From contig CM060731.1 of the NCBI GenBank assembly GCA_030704615.1, positions 46,128,001 through 46,192,000 of the forward strand: a DNA stretch of 64,000 nucleotides, written 5' to 3'. Each line of letters opens with the position of its first letter. Position 1 is the first letter of the stretch. Positions 50,231 to 62,077 of this stretch are shown piece after piece. The notes beneath the pieces were generated by a model that made no database searches, was not told the DNA's origin, and was given only the letters and a program-made list of their open reading frames with translations. Made by a program: the position numbers and the translations under genes. The stretch comes from Takakia lepidozioides. Lineage: Eukaryota > Plantae > Bryophyta.

Positions 50231-52244
50231 GGGTTCTCTCATTGATAACAGGTGTACGTTGAAGGTTGCAATGACCAAAAGTGCTTCTAATAGAGTCCCA
50301 CATCAATTCAATCTCAAAGAAGTTCGTCCCTTGACTGGCTGGAGAGTGGTCTTAGACATTGGTGATTCAATGGGGCGCTCTAGGAAGACAACCAAGGGCA
50401 AGGACTTCAACTGCAGGTGACCAAGTGCAGTGGACTCGTGAGAAATCCCAAACTGGGGAACGTTCCATTGTGGACTATATCATAATGGACAAAAATTTGT
50501 TCCCCCAGTGTGCCAATGTGTTGATTGACAGAACTGATATTGGTACCTCTGACCACTTCCTGGTTTGGACTGACTCAAAAGAGGACCTCTTGTGTGTGCC
50601 TACTTGTGTCTGTAGTCAGGTAAGGACGGATTGGTCAGTGAGAACCACCACGGTGCAGCTGAGCACGGCCTGCTAAGACCAAGCTGACTCTCCCAAGAAC
50701 CTTATAAACATCTGGAAGAATACCAAATCAGGTACTTATAGGAGGCAAGAGCCCGCAATAGCAGGATGGAAAAAATTCTTCACATCGTACCTTAAGAAAA
50801 CGCCACACCTTCCATTGCAGTTGTCCCACCATTGTCAATCTTCTAAAAACTCATACCAGGTCTGCTCAGTGCTGCAAATTCAGGGCCGACTCTAATGAGA
50901 GGGCAAGACAGGCTGAAAATAGGTCAAAGAAGAAGGTGCCCTCACCACATTGTTCTTGACCTTGTGTCATGACCCATGGAGGATTTGCCCTCCCATCAAC
51001 CCAAAAGGATCGCTTCCGTGTGCTGCTGGTGTCTGTAGTCAGGTAATGTCGGATTGGTCTTTGAGAAACCACCACAAAATGGCCTGCTAAGACCAAGCTC
51101 ACTCTCCCCTAAACCTTGTAAACATCAGGAAGAATACCATGCCCAGTGGAGAGGAGGGGAGAGGAGAGGAGGGAAAAGAGAAAGCCCGCGGAAGGGAAGG
51201 CGAACGCAGGAGAGGAGTGGAGAGGAGATAAGAGGAGGAGAGGGAAGGGGAGAAAGATCGCGGATAGAAAAAAAAAACAAACAAACAAACAAAAGGATGA
51301 TCCTGCGATTTGATCCCGTGGTGCATCGCGGCCTAAACACCGCTCTTACCACTACACTACCCCTTAAAACTCAACAACCCCCTCCTGTAAAATTATATTT
51401 AAGGTGTTTTAAACCCCCCCTCTGTATGTATAATGTTGTACATGGGGGGGTTTAAAATACCCCCTCCTGTGCACGCACGTGGCTGGTACATTTAATGAAG
51501 AGTGCACCCCCCAGGAGATAAACATAGTCACCACGGTTAAATCTCCGGATCCCAGGACGATAGCCCCCACCACGTATGGTAGCATACCTCAACGTATCAC
51601 GATGTTGTGCAATGGCAAGATTCTCGAAGCCATGGGCATGACTTTCTTGAACAACTCTGCACGCTGATCACATGCACGTGCCCACACGTCCAGATCATCA
51701 AGGTTAAGAACTGTAGCAGCTTCTCTACGAATGGATGTAGGCAAATCCGGCTCTCAGCCAAAGAGAAGAAAGTATGGTGAGAAAGAGGCAAGTGATGCTT
51801 ACTTGCTGAACCTGTAGCCCATGGCTAACCAGGGTAACTGAAGGTCCCAATCTCCTAGGTGTCCCTTCTGCAAGCCATACTTGCGCAAACCCCTCTTTAC
51901 AGTCTGAACAACCCTCTCTGCCAAGCCATCGGCCTTAGGATGATCCTGAGAAGTGGTGCGGTGGTCTACCAAGGCCTTGTCACACAAAGCCTGAAACTCC
52001 CCCAAGAACTCTCTCCCTTGGTCCGTGAGTACCTCAACTGGAGCACCGAATCGGCTAAGTACACAATCCAAGAATGCATATGCAGCTCCCTCACTAGCCT
52101 TATCAGGCAATGGAACCAACTCGATCCACTTGGAGAAGTGCTCCACCATCACCAACACGTACTTGTTGTGGCGCATGGTTAGGAGCAATGGCCCTGCGAA
52201 GTCAAGACTCCACCTGTAGCCCAATCCCATGATCGGATGAGCCT

Positions 52245-54872
52245 GATGACTCCGCGCCCTTTGCCTGAGCATGTACAGCAAGCGGCGTTCCCCTAACTCC
52301 CACAGAGCTCTCATCCAATCCCTGGCCATGACCCCCCCCCCCCACCCATACTAGTGCCCTGTAGCGCACTCATCCCCTCCATATTGGCCATGTTCTTCAT
52401 GAGGGCTTGCCAACCATGCTACTTGGCGTAGTCGTACTCTATTGGAGATGGCTTCCTCTCAAACGCGGTTTCCTACATATGCCAAAAATTAAAGTCAGTT
52501 CCTCACGATGATGGAGCGAGAAAGAAGACATAACAAAATACATAGGGAAGTATGACTTACAAATCGCAAGATAAAACCCTTGGATCCGGCAGGGCCCCAC
52601 TTGTGTGTGGATTCGTGCTTCTGAAAGCAACTGTTGTTGCTTCGCGTGCCTTCTCAAATTTGGCCTTGGGTGCCGCATCCTTCTCTCCTGCAATAAGTGC
52701 ATCCCACGATACCTATGCACCCCCCCCACAATTAGCGAATTACACACATACGTTGCATCGAATCTACCTGATTAATGCATATGCAACAAATGGAAGGTGA
52801 AATAATTCAAGGATTTGCCAACCTGTGAAACTCCAAAAGGTGGTTTGGGTTGGACCCCATTTGCCTTTGTCTTCCAAGCTTGCAAAAGTACAACTGTCAC
52901 ACCTTGTTCCATGTTTTGTCGTTTCCTTTCAAATGCATGTTTTTCTTTGTTGTTTGTTTCTTTTTTATTTTATTTTGGGGGGTTATTCGTCTTCAGGAGG
53001 CAGCAACATTCTTGGCCACATTGGTGCAATCCGGTGGGGTTGCCAATGAAGGAGGGCACGTGGTGTTCATGAAGGACCCGAACACCAAAGGTAAAAAGAA
53101 GAGGCCTCGACCTCCCGAGGTCCCTTTTCCCATCAATAAAAGGGCTGCCGAGGAGAGAGAGAGAAGGGAAAGAGAGGAGAGAGTGGAAGTAGCGGGGAAG
53201 GGGAAAGACATAGTGACGGAGAAGGGGAAGGAAAAGAAGAAGAAGAAGAAGAGGTCCCATGAAGACGAAGTGGTGATTGTGCATGCGGGGGAGGCCAGTG
53301 GGGTAACAAAGGTGGAGGGGAAGGAGGTTACAAAGCAGGGAGAGGGTGGGTCGAAGAAGAAGAAATTCCGGGGGATAGAGAACGTGGAGTTGGCAAAGAT
53401 TGTTGTGCCACCGGTGGAGGTCAATAAGCATGGTGACCCCTGCTTTGCGTTTTAGGTGGCTATGAAGAAGCCAGCCTTCAAACTCGCATTGTTGTGGTTC
53501 CCTCTACACATTGAGTGGGCTGATCAGCACTATGGCCAAAAGCGGGCGTATGCCCGTGAGTTACACCGCCGGTTTCCGGGCAATTGGAGTGAGACAATGG
53601 TGATGGAGATGGTGGGGCGGAACTTGAAGGACAAGGGGTACCGTGCCAGAGAGAGAATTCCGACTCGGCCTCGGTGTCACCCAATGTGGCTTGACCTTGG
53701 GCCTTGGCAAGTGCGCCTTTGTTGCGGAGGAAGGGGTCTCTATAGGGGTGACATCCAAAAGTTGTCCAAACCGGGCCCCCGAACGGGTGATGCGCTTGCC
53801 AAGGTACATTTCACCCGTCTTGGTGGTCGGGGGTGTGCTCAACTGAGCGTCCGGACCAGCAACAACCTCCCGAATATGAGAGGTGGCTGAGCCGGCCACT
53901 GGCGAATCCAAGATGGGGAGAAGAGGGGGGTACTAACCTAAGGGGGCAGATGAGCCCTCTGGCTGCGGTTGCCGACGGGGCTGGTACACCGTGAGACGCC
54001 AGCCCCCGTCACACATGCCGGCAGAGCAAACGGGTTCTCCGCCCTTTTCTTGGGGCAGGGGACTTCTTCTCTTTCCCCATAAACCTGACACCTGTCATGC
54101 AAACCCAAAAGTTAGCCTCACCTGGAAACAATCTCAACATTCCAGATCCGCGGAAAGAGACGCGCGAAGTCTTGGACTTTGTGGGGATGGCTATAAGATT
54201 TTTCATGCATGTCCATGTGATAAAACCCTATACTACGGAGATGATTCGCGTCTGACAAAGTGTCCAAAGTGCAAGAAAGACCAATATCGGGATGATGTCC
54301 AAGGGGGAAAAAGTACCACACAAGGTATAAGCGCCATTTCCCCTCACATGGAAACTATTTTCTTTAATCTTCTCAATGCATATAAAGTGTATTCCACAAA
54401 GTTTAGGGTTTAGAGAGTAGTACTCATGCAAGATCTGATTGTGGCTTTGGAAGGAGTGAGTAATATTAGCGACGTTTGGTTTGATCATTATTTTCCTAAT
54501 GAGGGAGAGGGTGCATGAAGGGAAAGACATAAGGGTGTTGTATTATGTGTGCTAATGGAATGATAACATGTGGGGGACGTGGGGTATTTTTCATCCTAGA
54601 AAATGCATTACTTTCCGATCATCCCGCGATTGAAGGCACATCCAAGGCCGGTTACTAGGCGCCCTCGACAAGGAGCGGGCCGCCGGAATATTCCTTCACA
54701 AGATTTTGCCCGCGGAATTGCAGCCTCTAAGTTCATTCCAACAGTGGCTCAAGACTTCAGTTTATGATGCCGTTGCTCAAGGTGAGGTGGTTTCAGATAT
54801 GGTGCAAGACCTTGCAAGGGGCCCCTCTCAATTCGCGACCTCATATACGGCGGTTTGGGATCACGGTCGTTA
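52245..54872 (+). mobile_element. Heavily deleted CACTA (En/Spm) remnant with TnpA-like and TnpD fragments
   Basis: YKIFHACPCDKTLYYG..CPKC, HYFPIIPRLK and FQQWLK..LARGP. TnpA-like ELHRRFPGNWSE..VGRNLKDKGYR. Confidence 0.7.
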
Positions 54873-55454
54873 CACTACAAGAGATGAGCGTTTTTAGGAC
54901 TACGGCTTTGGCGGAGTCATAAAAACTGCACTAGGTAGATGACTATAGAGCGCTGAAATGCATTACAGTTTTAGTTTTATGACTTTGTAGTAATGGATAT
55001 CACTACATGATTCCGGAAAGTTAGGGAGCATTGGTCAAACATTGTTGACCATGATGACAGGGATGGTTTATATGACTAGTGAGATATGTTTGACTACACG
55101 TGGACGACATTTCATGGAATCTTATGACTCCATGACTGAAGATGGTTTCAGAGCTCTATTTATACGACTACATCATTACACGTGTCATTTTGAAGGCACA
55201 TATAATGCAAATAAGGTTGCCCATTAGGTTTAAAAAAGTTAAAAAAATTGCTAATAAGGTTGCCCATTAGTGTAATCGTGAACAGAAAGGAGGGCTGGGA
55301 CTTGGCGTTTTTTTGTCTCCTGCGCCACACCACATAGTTGAGGGATGGAACGCGATGATAGCAGGATATGCAGGGGCGTGGGATGGAGGCATTGAGCAAA
55401 TGATGCATGAAGGAGAAGAGGAGGAAGAGACGAGACGAGGAGAAGCGAGCTCGC

Positions 55455-56155
55455 CGTTCTTGGGAGAGTCAGCTTGGTCTTAGCAAGCGTTTCAATCTCT
55501 GACTACTCAGCTACGCCGTAGTGGTTCAATCTCACAGACCAATCCGATATTACCTGACTACAGACACAAGCAGCACACACAAGAGGTCATCGGTCAAATC
55601 CTCCATGGGTCAGGACAGGTCAAGGACAATGTGGTAGGGCACCTTCTTCTTCAACCTATTTCAGCCTGTGTTGCCCTCTCATCAGACTCGGCCGCAAGAT
55701 GCATATTGAATTCTGTAAGTTAGGTCGTTGGGTAGATCTGTGGTGGTTTGGAGTGACTTTGGCAAGTTACTGCCAGTGTGGCAGCAGAGAAGTATCCAAA
55801 AACATATAATAGAGGTGAGAAGAAGCTTTGGGGTGAACACTTTCCGACCCCAATGGTGGGACAATGGAGACAAAAAGGCGAATGTCTGTTGGACTACAGA
55901 GAGAAGCAGATGCATTTCAGATTGTGATAAGTAGGGTTGGGGTGTTTTGGGGAAGAACTCCACACCAGTATGGTTGGGGTGTTTGCTAGTATAATTGTAG
56001 GCTGTCAGAGGCATGGATAGCTGAAGGAGCAGGGATAGAGTGTGGGTCCAGATTCATCCAAGAGGGCTGGATTTCAAGCTCCACATTACCTATGATTCCC
56101 TGTGGAAGGATAGTTACAAGAAACCTACATGGGTAGATGGTCAACTAGAAGCAGC
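55455..56155 (+). repeat. Recurrent cargo module, copy inside the CACTA element
   Basis: Colinear with ~26895-27440, plus a ~150-bp extra segment (55925-56080) whose end matches the inverted copy near 48470-48490. Confidence 0.85.
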
Positions 56156-56295
56156 ATGTTGTACTATATGTCATTACTGTACTATATGTCATTCCAGAGA
56201 CTGTCATTGTTGGTCCATGTGTTTTACAACAATGCTATCAATATAAGACTTCTGGTTCGCATTGGAAGCTCAATCCCTGTAAGTTCATTGTGTGT

Positions 56296-57154
56296 GAAGC
56301 TCAAACTTGTGATTTGAAGGATCTTGTAGCCAAGTTCATTCAACCGGAAAGGAAAAATTCTGAAAGCTCCCAAATTTGATGTGGGCAAGCTTTTGGAGGT
56401 AAGACTTAGCTTCCCTCCTCTGATGTAAGTGTTGGATAAGTTTCATTTAGTGTCGACCTTCACTGCATATATTGGCTCTTTTCTTGGCTGGTTTCATATT
56501 TTCTTGGCTGGTATGTTGTTGGTTGGCTTCTTTCATTTCACGTGTGTAGTGGAAGGGGAGAAGTACTTTCCTAAGTTCTGCTGCAACAATGTCTTTTTCC
56601 AGCCTAGATGTTTTCGATGGATACAAATTGAAGTGTTTTGAATGTTGCTGCAATACTATAATAAAGTGGAGGGTGCTGAATGCAGTTGGCCTTGCTTCGT
56701 GCAGGCATAATCCAGGGAAATGTGGACATAGCTGAAACCCCATGATAGCATTTCTAGAGGACGGTGTGGATGGCCTCACAATCCAACATGCAAAATCCAT
56801 GACAATGTGGAGATGGCTGAATGGGCAAACAGGTTAAGTGGCGAACAAGCCACGTCACTGGTACATAGTTGCATGCTTACATAGTACATGAAAGCGTACT
56901 ATATGTCATTCCCGAAATTGACCATGTTGGTCCATGTATTTTACAACAATGCTATCAATAAAAGACCAATGGTTCGCATTGGAAACTCTATCCCCGTAAG
57001 TGGCTTGTGCGTGATGCTCAAACTTGTGATTTGAAGGATCTTATACCCCAGTTCATTGCAGAGGTGATTGGAAAAGACATTGAGAAGGAAACAGTCGTTA
57101 TCTATAATCTACAGATCCCCTTCAATTTGATGTGGGAAAGCCGGCTGGCTGGAG
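56296..57154 (+). pseudogene. RPS3A: Two captured fragments of 40S ribosomal protein S3a (eS1), with PPR E1-like scraps nearby
   Basis: EAQTCDLKDLVAKFI..KILKAPKFDVGKLLE|gt (56296-56398) and DAQTCDLKDLIPQFIAEVIGKDIEKET..IYNLQ (57010-57154). Confidence 0.85.
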
Positions 57155-57499
57155 GTCTAGTCTCACTTTCACTCATCTAATGTCAGTGTTGTATCCATTG
57201 CAATGTGGAGATGTTTGAAACAACATTGGAGCATTTCCAGAGGATGGTCTGGATGGCCTTTCGTGGCGTGTGCCGAATCCATGGCAAGAAAACATTGCAG
57301 GCAGAACCCATGGCAATGGTACCAGCACGGGTTGGTCCAAAGCCAATTGCAACAACAAATGAATAAAGGGTGCTGAAAGGAAAGCACTCCATAATTGATC
57401 ATAAAATCCAGTGTCCAAGCATGATATCTTAATGGGAATGCGAAGGGAGTGTTACCACCTTAAACTATCATGCATGGTCTATAACTGGAGTGCACAAAT

Positions 57500-60400
57500 C
57501 TAGCATATATAATCATCATCATCCTCATCTATGTCTGGGTCACTACATGTATCACTGTCTTCATCACAGACTTGATCTTGTCCAAGGGTTGGCTGAACAT
57601 CATCACCACGTATACGGAGTGTTCGGAGGTACAAGGAGGCCACCTGCTCTGGAGTAACCAGTACCGCTCGGCTGCATGTTGGGCCATCAGTAACCAGAGT
57701 CTCATCTAGTCTTTGTGGGGCTAACAATCCTTCCACTTCCGCCACATCATCATTATCAATTGATATGTCACAGACCACTCTACGTGCTCGGGGGCTCTTC
57801 TCCAGGACGACTTTCCACCCCGGCTCCTTCACACAATCAGAAAAAAACACTTGATCAACCTGGCCAGGAACACAAAAGGTTGCTCAGAAGGTGGAAGCAT
57901 ACGGTTAAAATTGACAAGTGTGAAGCCAGCATCATCCTGCTTCATTGACATAGGTTGACGACCACGCGACTCGCCCGTACCCACGAACACAAAAACACTA
58001 TAGGTTGTGTTTGGCCATAGTCAATTTGCAAAATCTCCCTTATAAGACCTACATATCTTGTAGGTTCTTCCATGTCATTGCCTGAATTGTTGGTAATGGG
58101 CTGGTGCTGGAAAACAGTTGAGACTCCACAATCAAAAGACACCATACTTGTTGTGTTCATGCTGGGGGATGTAACCCTGTAATGGTTACCATACGCTGTC
58201 ATACTCTTGAATGACAGGGCAGTAAATGATGGAGGCCTTGAAAGATCCAGTAATTCCTCACGTGTTGTAGGATCAAGCCCATCTGATTGAATTGAGAGAT
58301 GATCCCGTACACCTTGAGGGAGCCAAACAGCAAATGGAGGACAAGGATGCAAATCAGGAGGGTACTGAATTGCCGTGGGATTGCTCATGCCTTCCAGCCC
58401 TTGCTCCTCACAAAACAAGCGTCGTCTGGCTTCTATCCGTGTGGACTCTGCTTCATATATCCTATCACAATCCGAGGGTCAGCCAAGAGATTGACAGAGG
58501 TGGCGTGGGAGATTTGAAAAGACGCCATATGCCAACTAATGATAAATGACTAAAACTTGGAAATTTGAATGTCAATGAAGTAGATTTCTTACCCCAACAT
58601 GACTGACAGACGAGGATGGTTCTGAATGATGTACTCATGTACAATATCACACAGGTCATTAATTTTCGGGCTTTAGAACTTCCTTCCACAACTTCACGTT
58701 CCACAGATTCTGCCTCATCTGCATCCCACACCCTTCATACACTTCCATCAAATCCTGCCATATACTCTGTGCAAAAACCCAATGCTTCTTCAAATTGGTA
58801 TCCTTCTGCCATGCTCCCCTCGGGCCTTGCCATGTTTCTTACGTAGCCCTTCATATCTTTCATTGCCCGCTCCATGGGGTACATCCAACGAGATGCTATG
58901 GGCCCGCATAAGTACAACTCTCAACCAGATGTGTCATCACATCAAAAAATGATGGTGGGAACTCTTTCTCTATAAGACACAGAGTGAGAACTGCTTCAGT
59001 TCTCAATTCCTCATACTCTACAGGATTCACCACTTTTGCACACAACTTCTTAAATACACGACATGCTCGCAAATGGCCCTTCGAGGACCACTTGCCATGA
59101 GCCCACGGATAGCAAGCGGTATAATTTGCTGCATGAGCACATGATAGTCATGTGATTTCATGCCAGACAACTTCTTCTTCACCACATGCTTTTTGAAAGC
59201 TGATGCGTAGCCTGTTGGCACTTTCAAGTTCTGCACAATCTCCAGAAAGACTTGTAACTCAGCCTCAGTGAGGACATAAGGGGCAGGAGGCATAATTAAC
59301 GTATCTGCTCTGTCAGGATCACATTGTAGCCACAATTCCGGGCGCATCCCAAGTACCTCCAAATCACGGCGAACTTTCAATGTGTCTTTCTCACCAAAGA
59401 TAGTTTTAATAATATTTTCAGCCAAGTTCTTCTCGCAATGCATTGCGTCAAACGTGTGGCGGATGAGGAGACCCTACAAAATGAACACATAAGCTATTGA
59501 GCATTTACTCATCACAATTTAAACAGAAAACGCAAAAATGTACACAGCCAATTTAAAGGCCATGAAGGAATTACCTCCCAATAAGGTAAGACATATAAAA
59601 TTGACAATCGCTTAACTCCATGAGTTTTTGCTGGGTCTGTCCTGCTATCTGGCGTCCCTCCGTTTTCCACCCATGCAGTGCGAGCTGTTGCAAGCTCCTT
59701 GATTTGTGTTCCAGTCTGCGTTTTTGGAGGAGTTCCATGCTTAGTAGCGCCATTGAACATTCTTGGATATTCTTCGATATACCTTCTATACGGATGATTG
59801 CGGGCCAAAAATCTACGGTGGCCTAGGAAAACAATTTTTCTACATGTGTGTAACTGCTGTGAAGTCACCCCGGGTCCACAAGCTGGACAACCAGCATAAC
59901 CTTTCGTCACTTGACCTAGAGCAAGCCATATGCAGGGTAGTCATGGATTGACCACATCAACACTGCCCTCAGTGCGAATTCGCGTTGACCACGAGGACGG
60001 GAAACATCATGAGCTGCAATCCCTCTCCATAGTTCCAGTAGCTCTTCCACTAGGGGCATCAGGTAAACATCTACGTTGTCCGAGGTAACAGACTCCTTAC
60101 CAGGAATCAGTAGCGCTAACATGACAAAGAACTTTTTGGTCATTAACCACGGAGGCAGATTGTAATTGACCAAGAGAACGGGCCATGTGCTCCAACTTGT
60201 GGATTGAGCTCCGTAGGGATTTACACCGTCTAAGGCCAATCCAAATCGCAGAGATCGTGGCTCTGCAGCAAAATCCTCAAATGTGGTGTCAATGTGTCTC
60301 CATGCTTTGCTATCAGCTAGATGTCGAACCAACCCATCCTGGCTCTTATGTCTGTCGTGCCATGTCATGAGGTTAGCGATCGATTTACATCGGTACATAC

Positions 60401-61640
60401 GTTTCAACCTTGGAATGACAGGGAAGTGTCGCAATACTTTCTTGGGCACACTTCCACGACCTGGAATGTAACGGGAACTGCGGCACACTGGGCAAATGTC
60501 TACATTCTCATACTCCCCATGGAAGAGTACACAACCACGCTCACAGGCATGAATCATGGTGTACTGCAATCCCATCTTGGCAATCATGGTTTTTGCTTCA
60601 TAGTGAGTTTTCGGCAATGAATTCTCTTTAGGCAAAAAACTCTTACGCAACAATCCCAGAAGCTCATCCACAAATGCATTGGTGCACTTGTGGGTAGTGC
60701 ATGCGTTCAGCAACGTCAAAGTTGCTTGCACCGGCTGATGGAGCACCCTTCAAAAAGTGGACATTGCGACTGTCGGAAGAGTTTATCATACTCGGGATCA
60801 ACGTGCAGGTGAGCATTCTCATCAAATTCATTGTCTCCGGAATCGTCGAGATCATCGTCATGATCAGCAAATGTGTGATCGGTTCCACCATGAATGGGGT
60901 CCTCTCTGTTTGCATCTGCAAAGAGAAACGCTTCCTGCAATGCACGCTGCATTTCTACCTCCAATCCACCACTCTCATCTGCGTTCTCTGTGACATTGGG
61001 CTCCCGCTGTGCCGCAGGGCCTTCGTCTTCGAATATTCACATCCCTGCATCCCAATAGTCATCTTGTGAGTGGACCAACAACGATGTGACACTTGTTCAT
61101 ATTATGACATAGGAGGCACGGTGACGTTGCAGTGATGCAGTCATATTTACGTATGTATCTTATGAATATACACCCAATCAAAACACGACATTTGTAACCA
61201 TTGAAGTCATAGTTGCAGTCACTTACTTAGTCATATATGACTACATGACTACACATGACCAATGAAAACACGACATGTGCATTAATTAAAGTGATAACGG
61301 AAGTGGCGTAGTCATAGTCACGTCTGTATCTTATGACTTCTTGACTACAATCACCCAACGAAATGTCGACATGTGGAGAAGAGGATCGTTGCATTCAAAA
61401 TTCAAACTAAAGTGTTGAAGGGAAAGTGACGATCTTACCGGAAGAGAACAGCGTCGGAGAAGAGGATCCCTCCCGTGTATCATGTAATGATTCCTCACTG
61501 TTTCCAACAACAGTATTTTTCCTCCATGACACTCATCGCAGTTGCATAGCATTTTTGTATGCCCATTCCTTGTGGCAAATTCGCCATAGACGGTCATCTA
61601 TTCTACGCCTACGCATCCGGTCGCCACCTGCACTGTACAT
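57500..61640 (-). pseudogene. CACTA transposase TnpD, intron-containing, frameshifted
   Basis: CNCDEC..VRNHYMIHG, IHACERGCVLF, HLADSKAWRHID, ALDGVNPY, WSIHDYPAY, MHCEKN, GMKSHDYH, WMYPMER, PEGSMAEGY, PGWKVVL. Confidence 0.93.
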
Positions 61641-62077
61641 GCTTTGAACGTCACCCCTTCCCTCTTTGCATGCTACGCACAGTGCATTGTCTCTAGTTTT
61701 GCACCAGCTGCCAATGTGCTATTTCTATATCTATAGTATACTATAAGTATCGTTTCTGAGTGTCCATGGTGAAGCGGAAGGTCTTCGAAGTGACAGTCCC
61801 TCTCACTGAGTACGAGAAGTTCCGAGAGCGCCGGATTGCTGCCATAAAGGAGGTGGAAGCAACGTTCAAGCAGTCGATAGATGGGTGAGTTTAGTTCCTG
61901 ACTTTGGATACCCACCCACTAAACTTGCAATTCGCCTTATCCTCTAACCTTCCTACAGCGATCATAAGCTTCATAGCACAAATGGGGGCGAGTAGCTGCG
62001 ACTTGTACAAACAGAGAGGCAAACAACATGCAGTGAGTGACGATTAGGTTTGAGGAGGGTGTGTCATTAGGCGGGAG

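Larger units (their letters stand above)
46516..51515. mobile_element. 5.0-kb non-autonomous TIR DNA transposon carrying gene fragments (Pack-type; 8-bp TSD, hAT-like)
   Basis: Perfect 18-bp TIR cctggggggtgcactctt at both ends. TSD agataaac (46508-46515, 51516-51523). Subterminal ccccctc(c)tgta repeats at both ends. Removing it restores the integrase. Confidence 0.92.
46156..52243 (-). pseudogene. DDE integrase with C-terminal PHD finger, split by the TIR element (parts 51516-52243 and 46156-46515)
   Basis: WSLDFAGP, TDQGREF, DGLAERVVQTVK, then GDYVYL|QQTAPTTLDVTAGRVILRV, and CMLC..MLVCDQCSRGWHMGCLTPPL..VPDGDW. Confidence 0.9.

Noticed and set aside
29948-52243. Split-repeat element as a DIRS/PAT tyrosine-recombinase element
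   Set aside because: It encodes a protease and DDE integrase and has a TSD; no YR motif seen.
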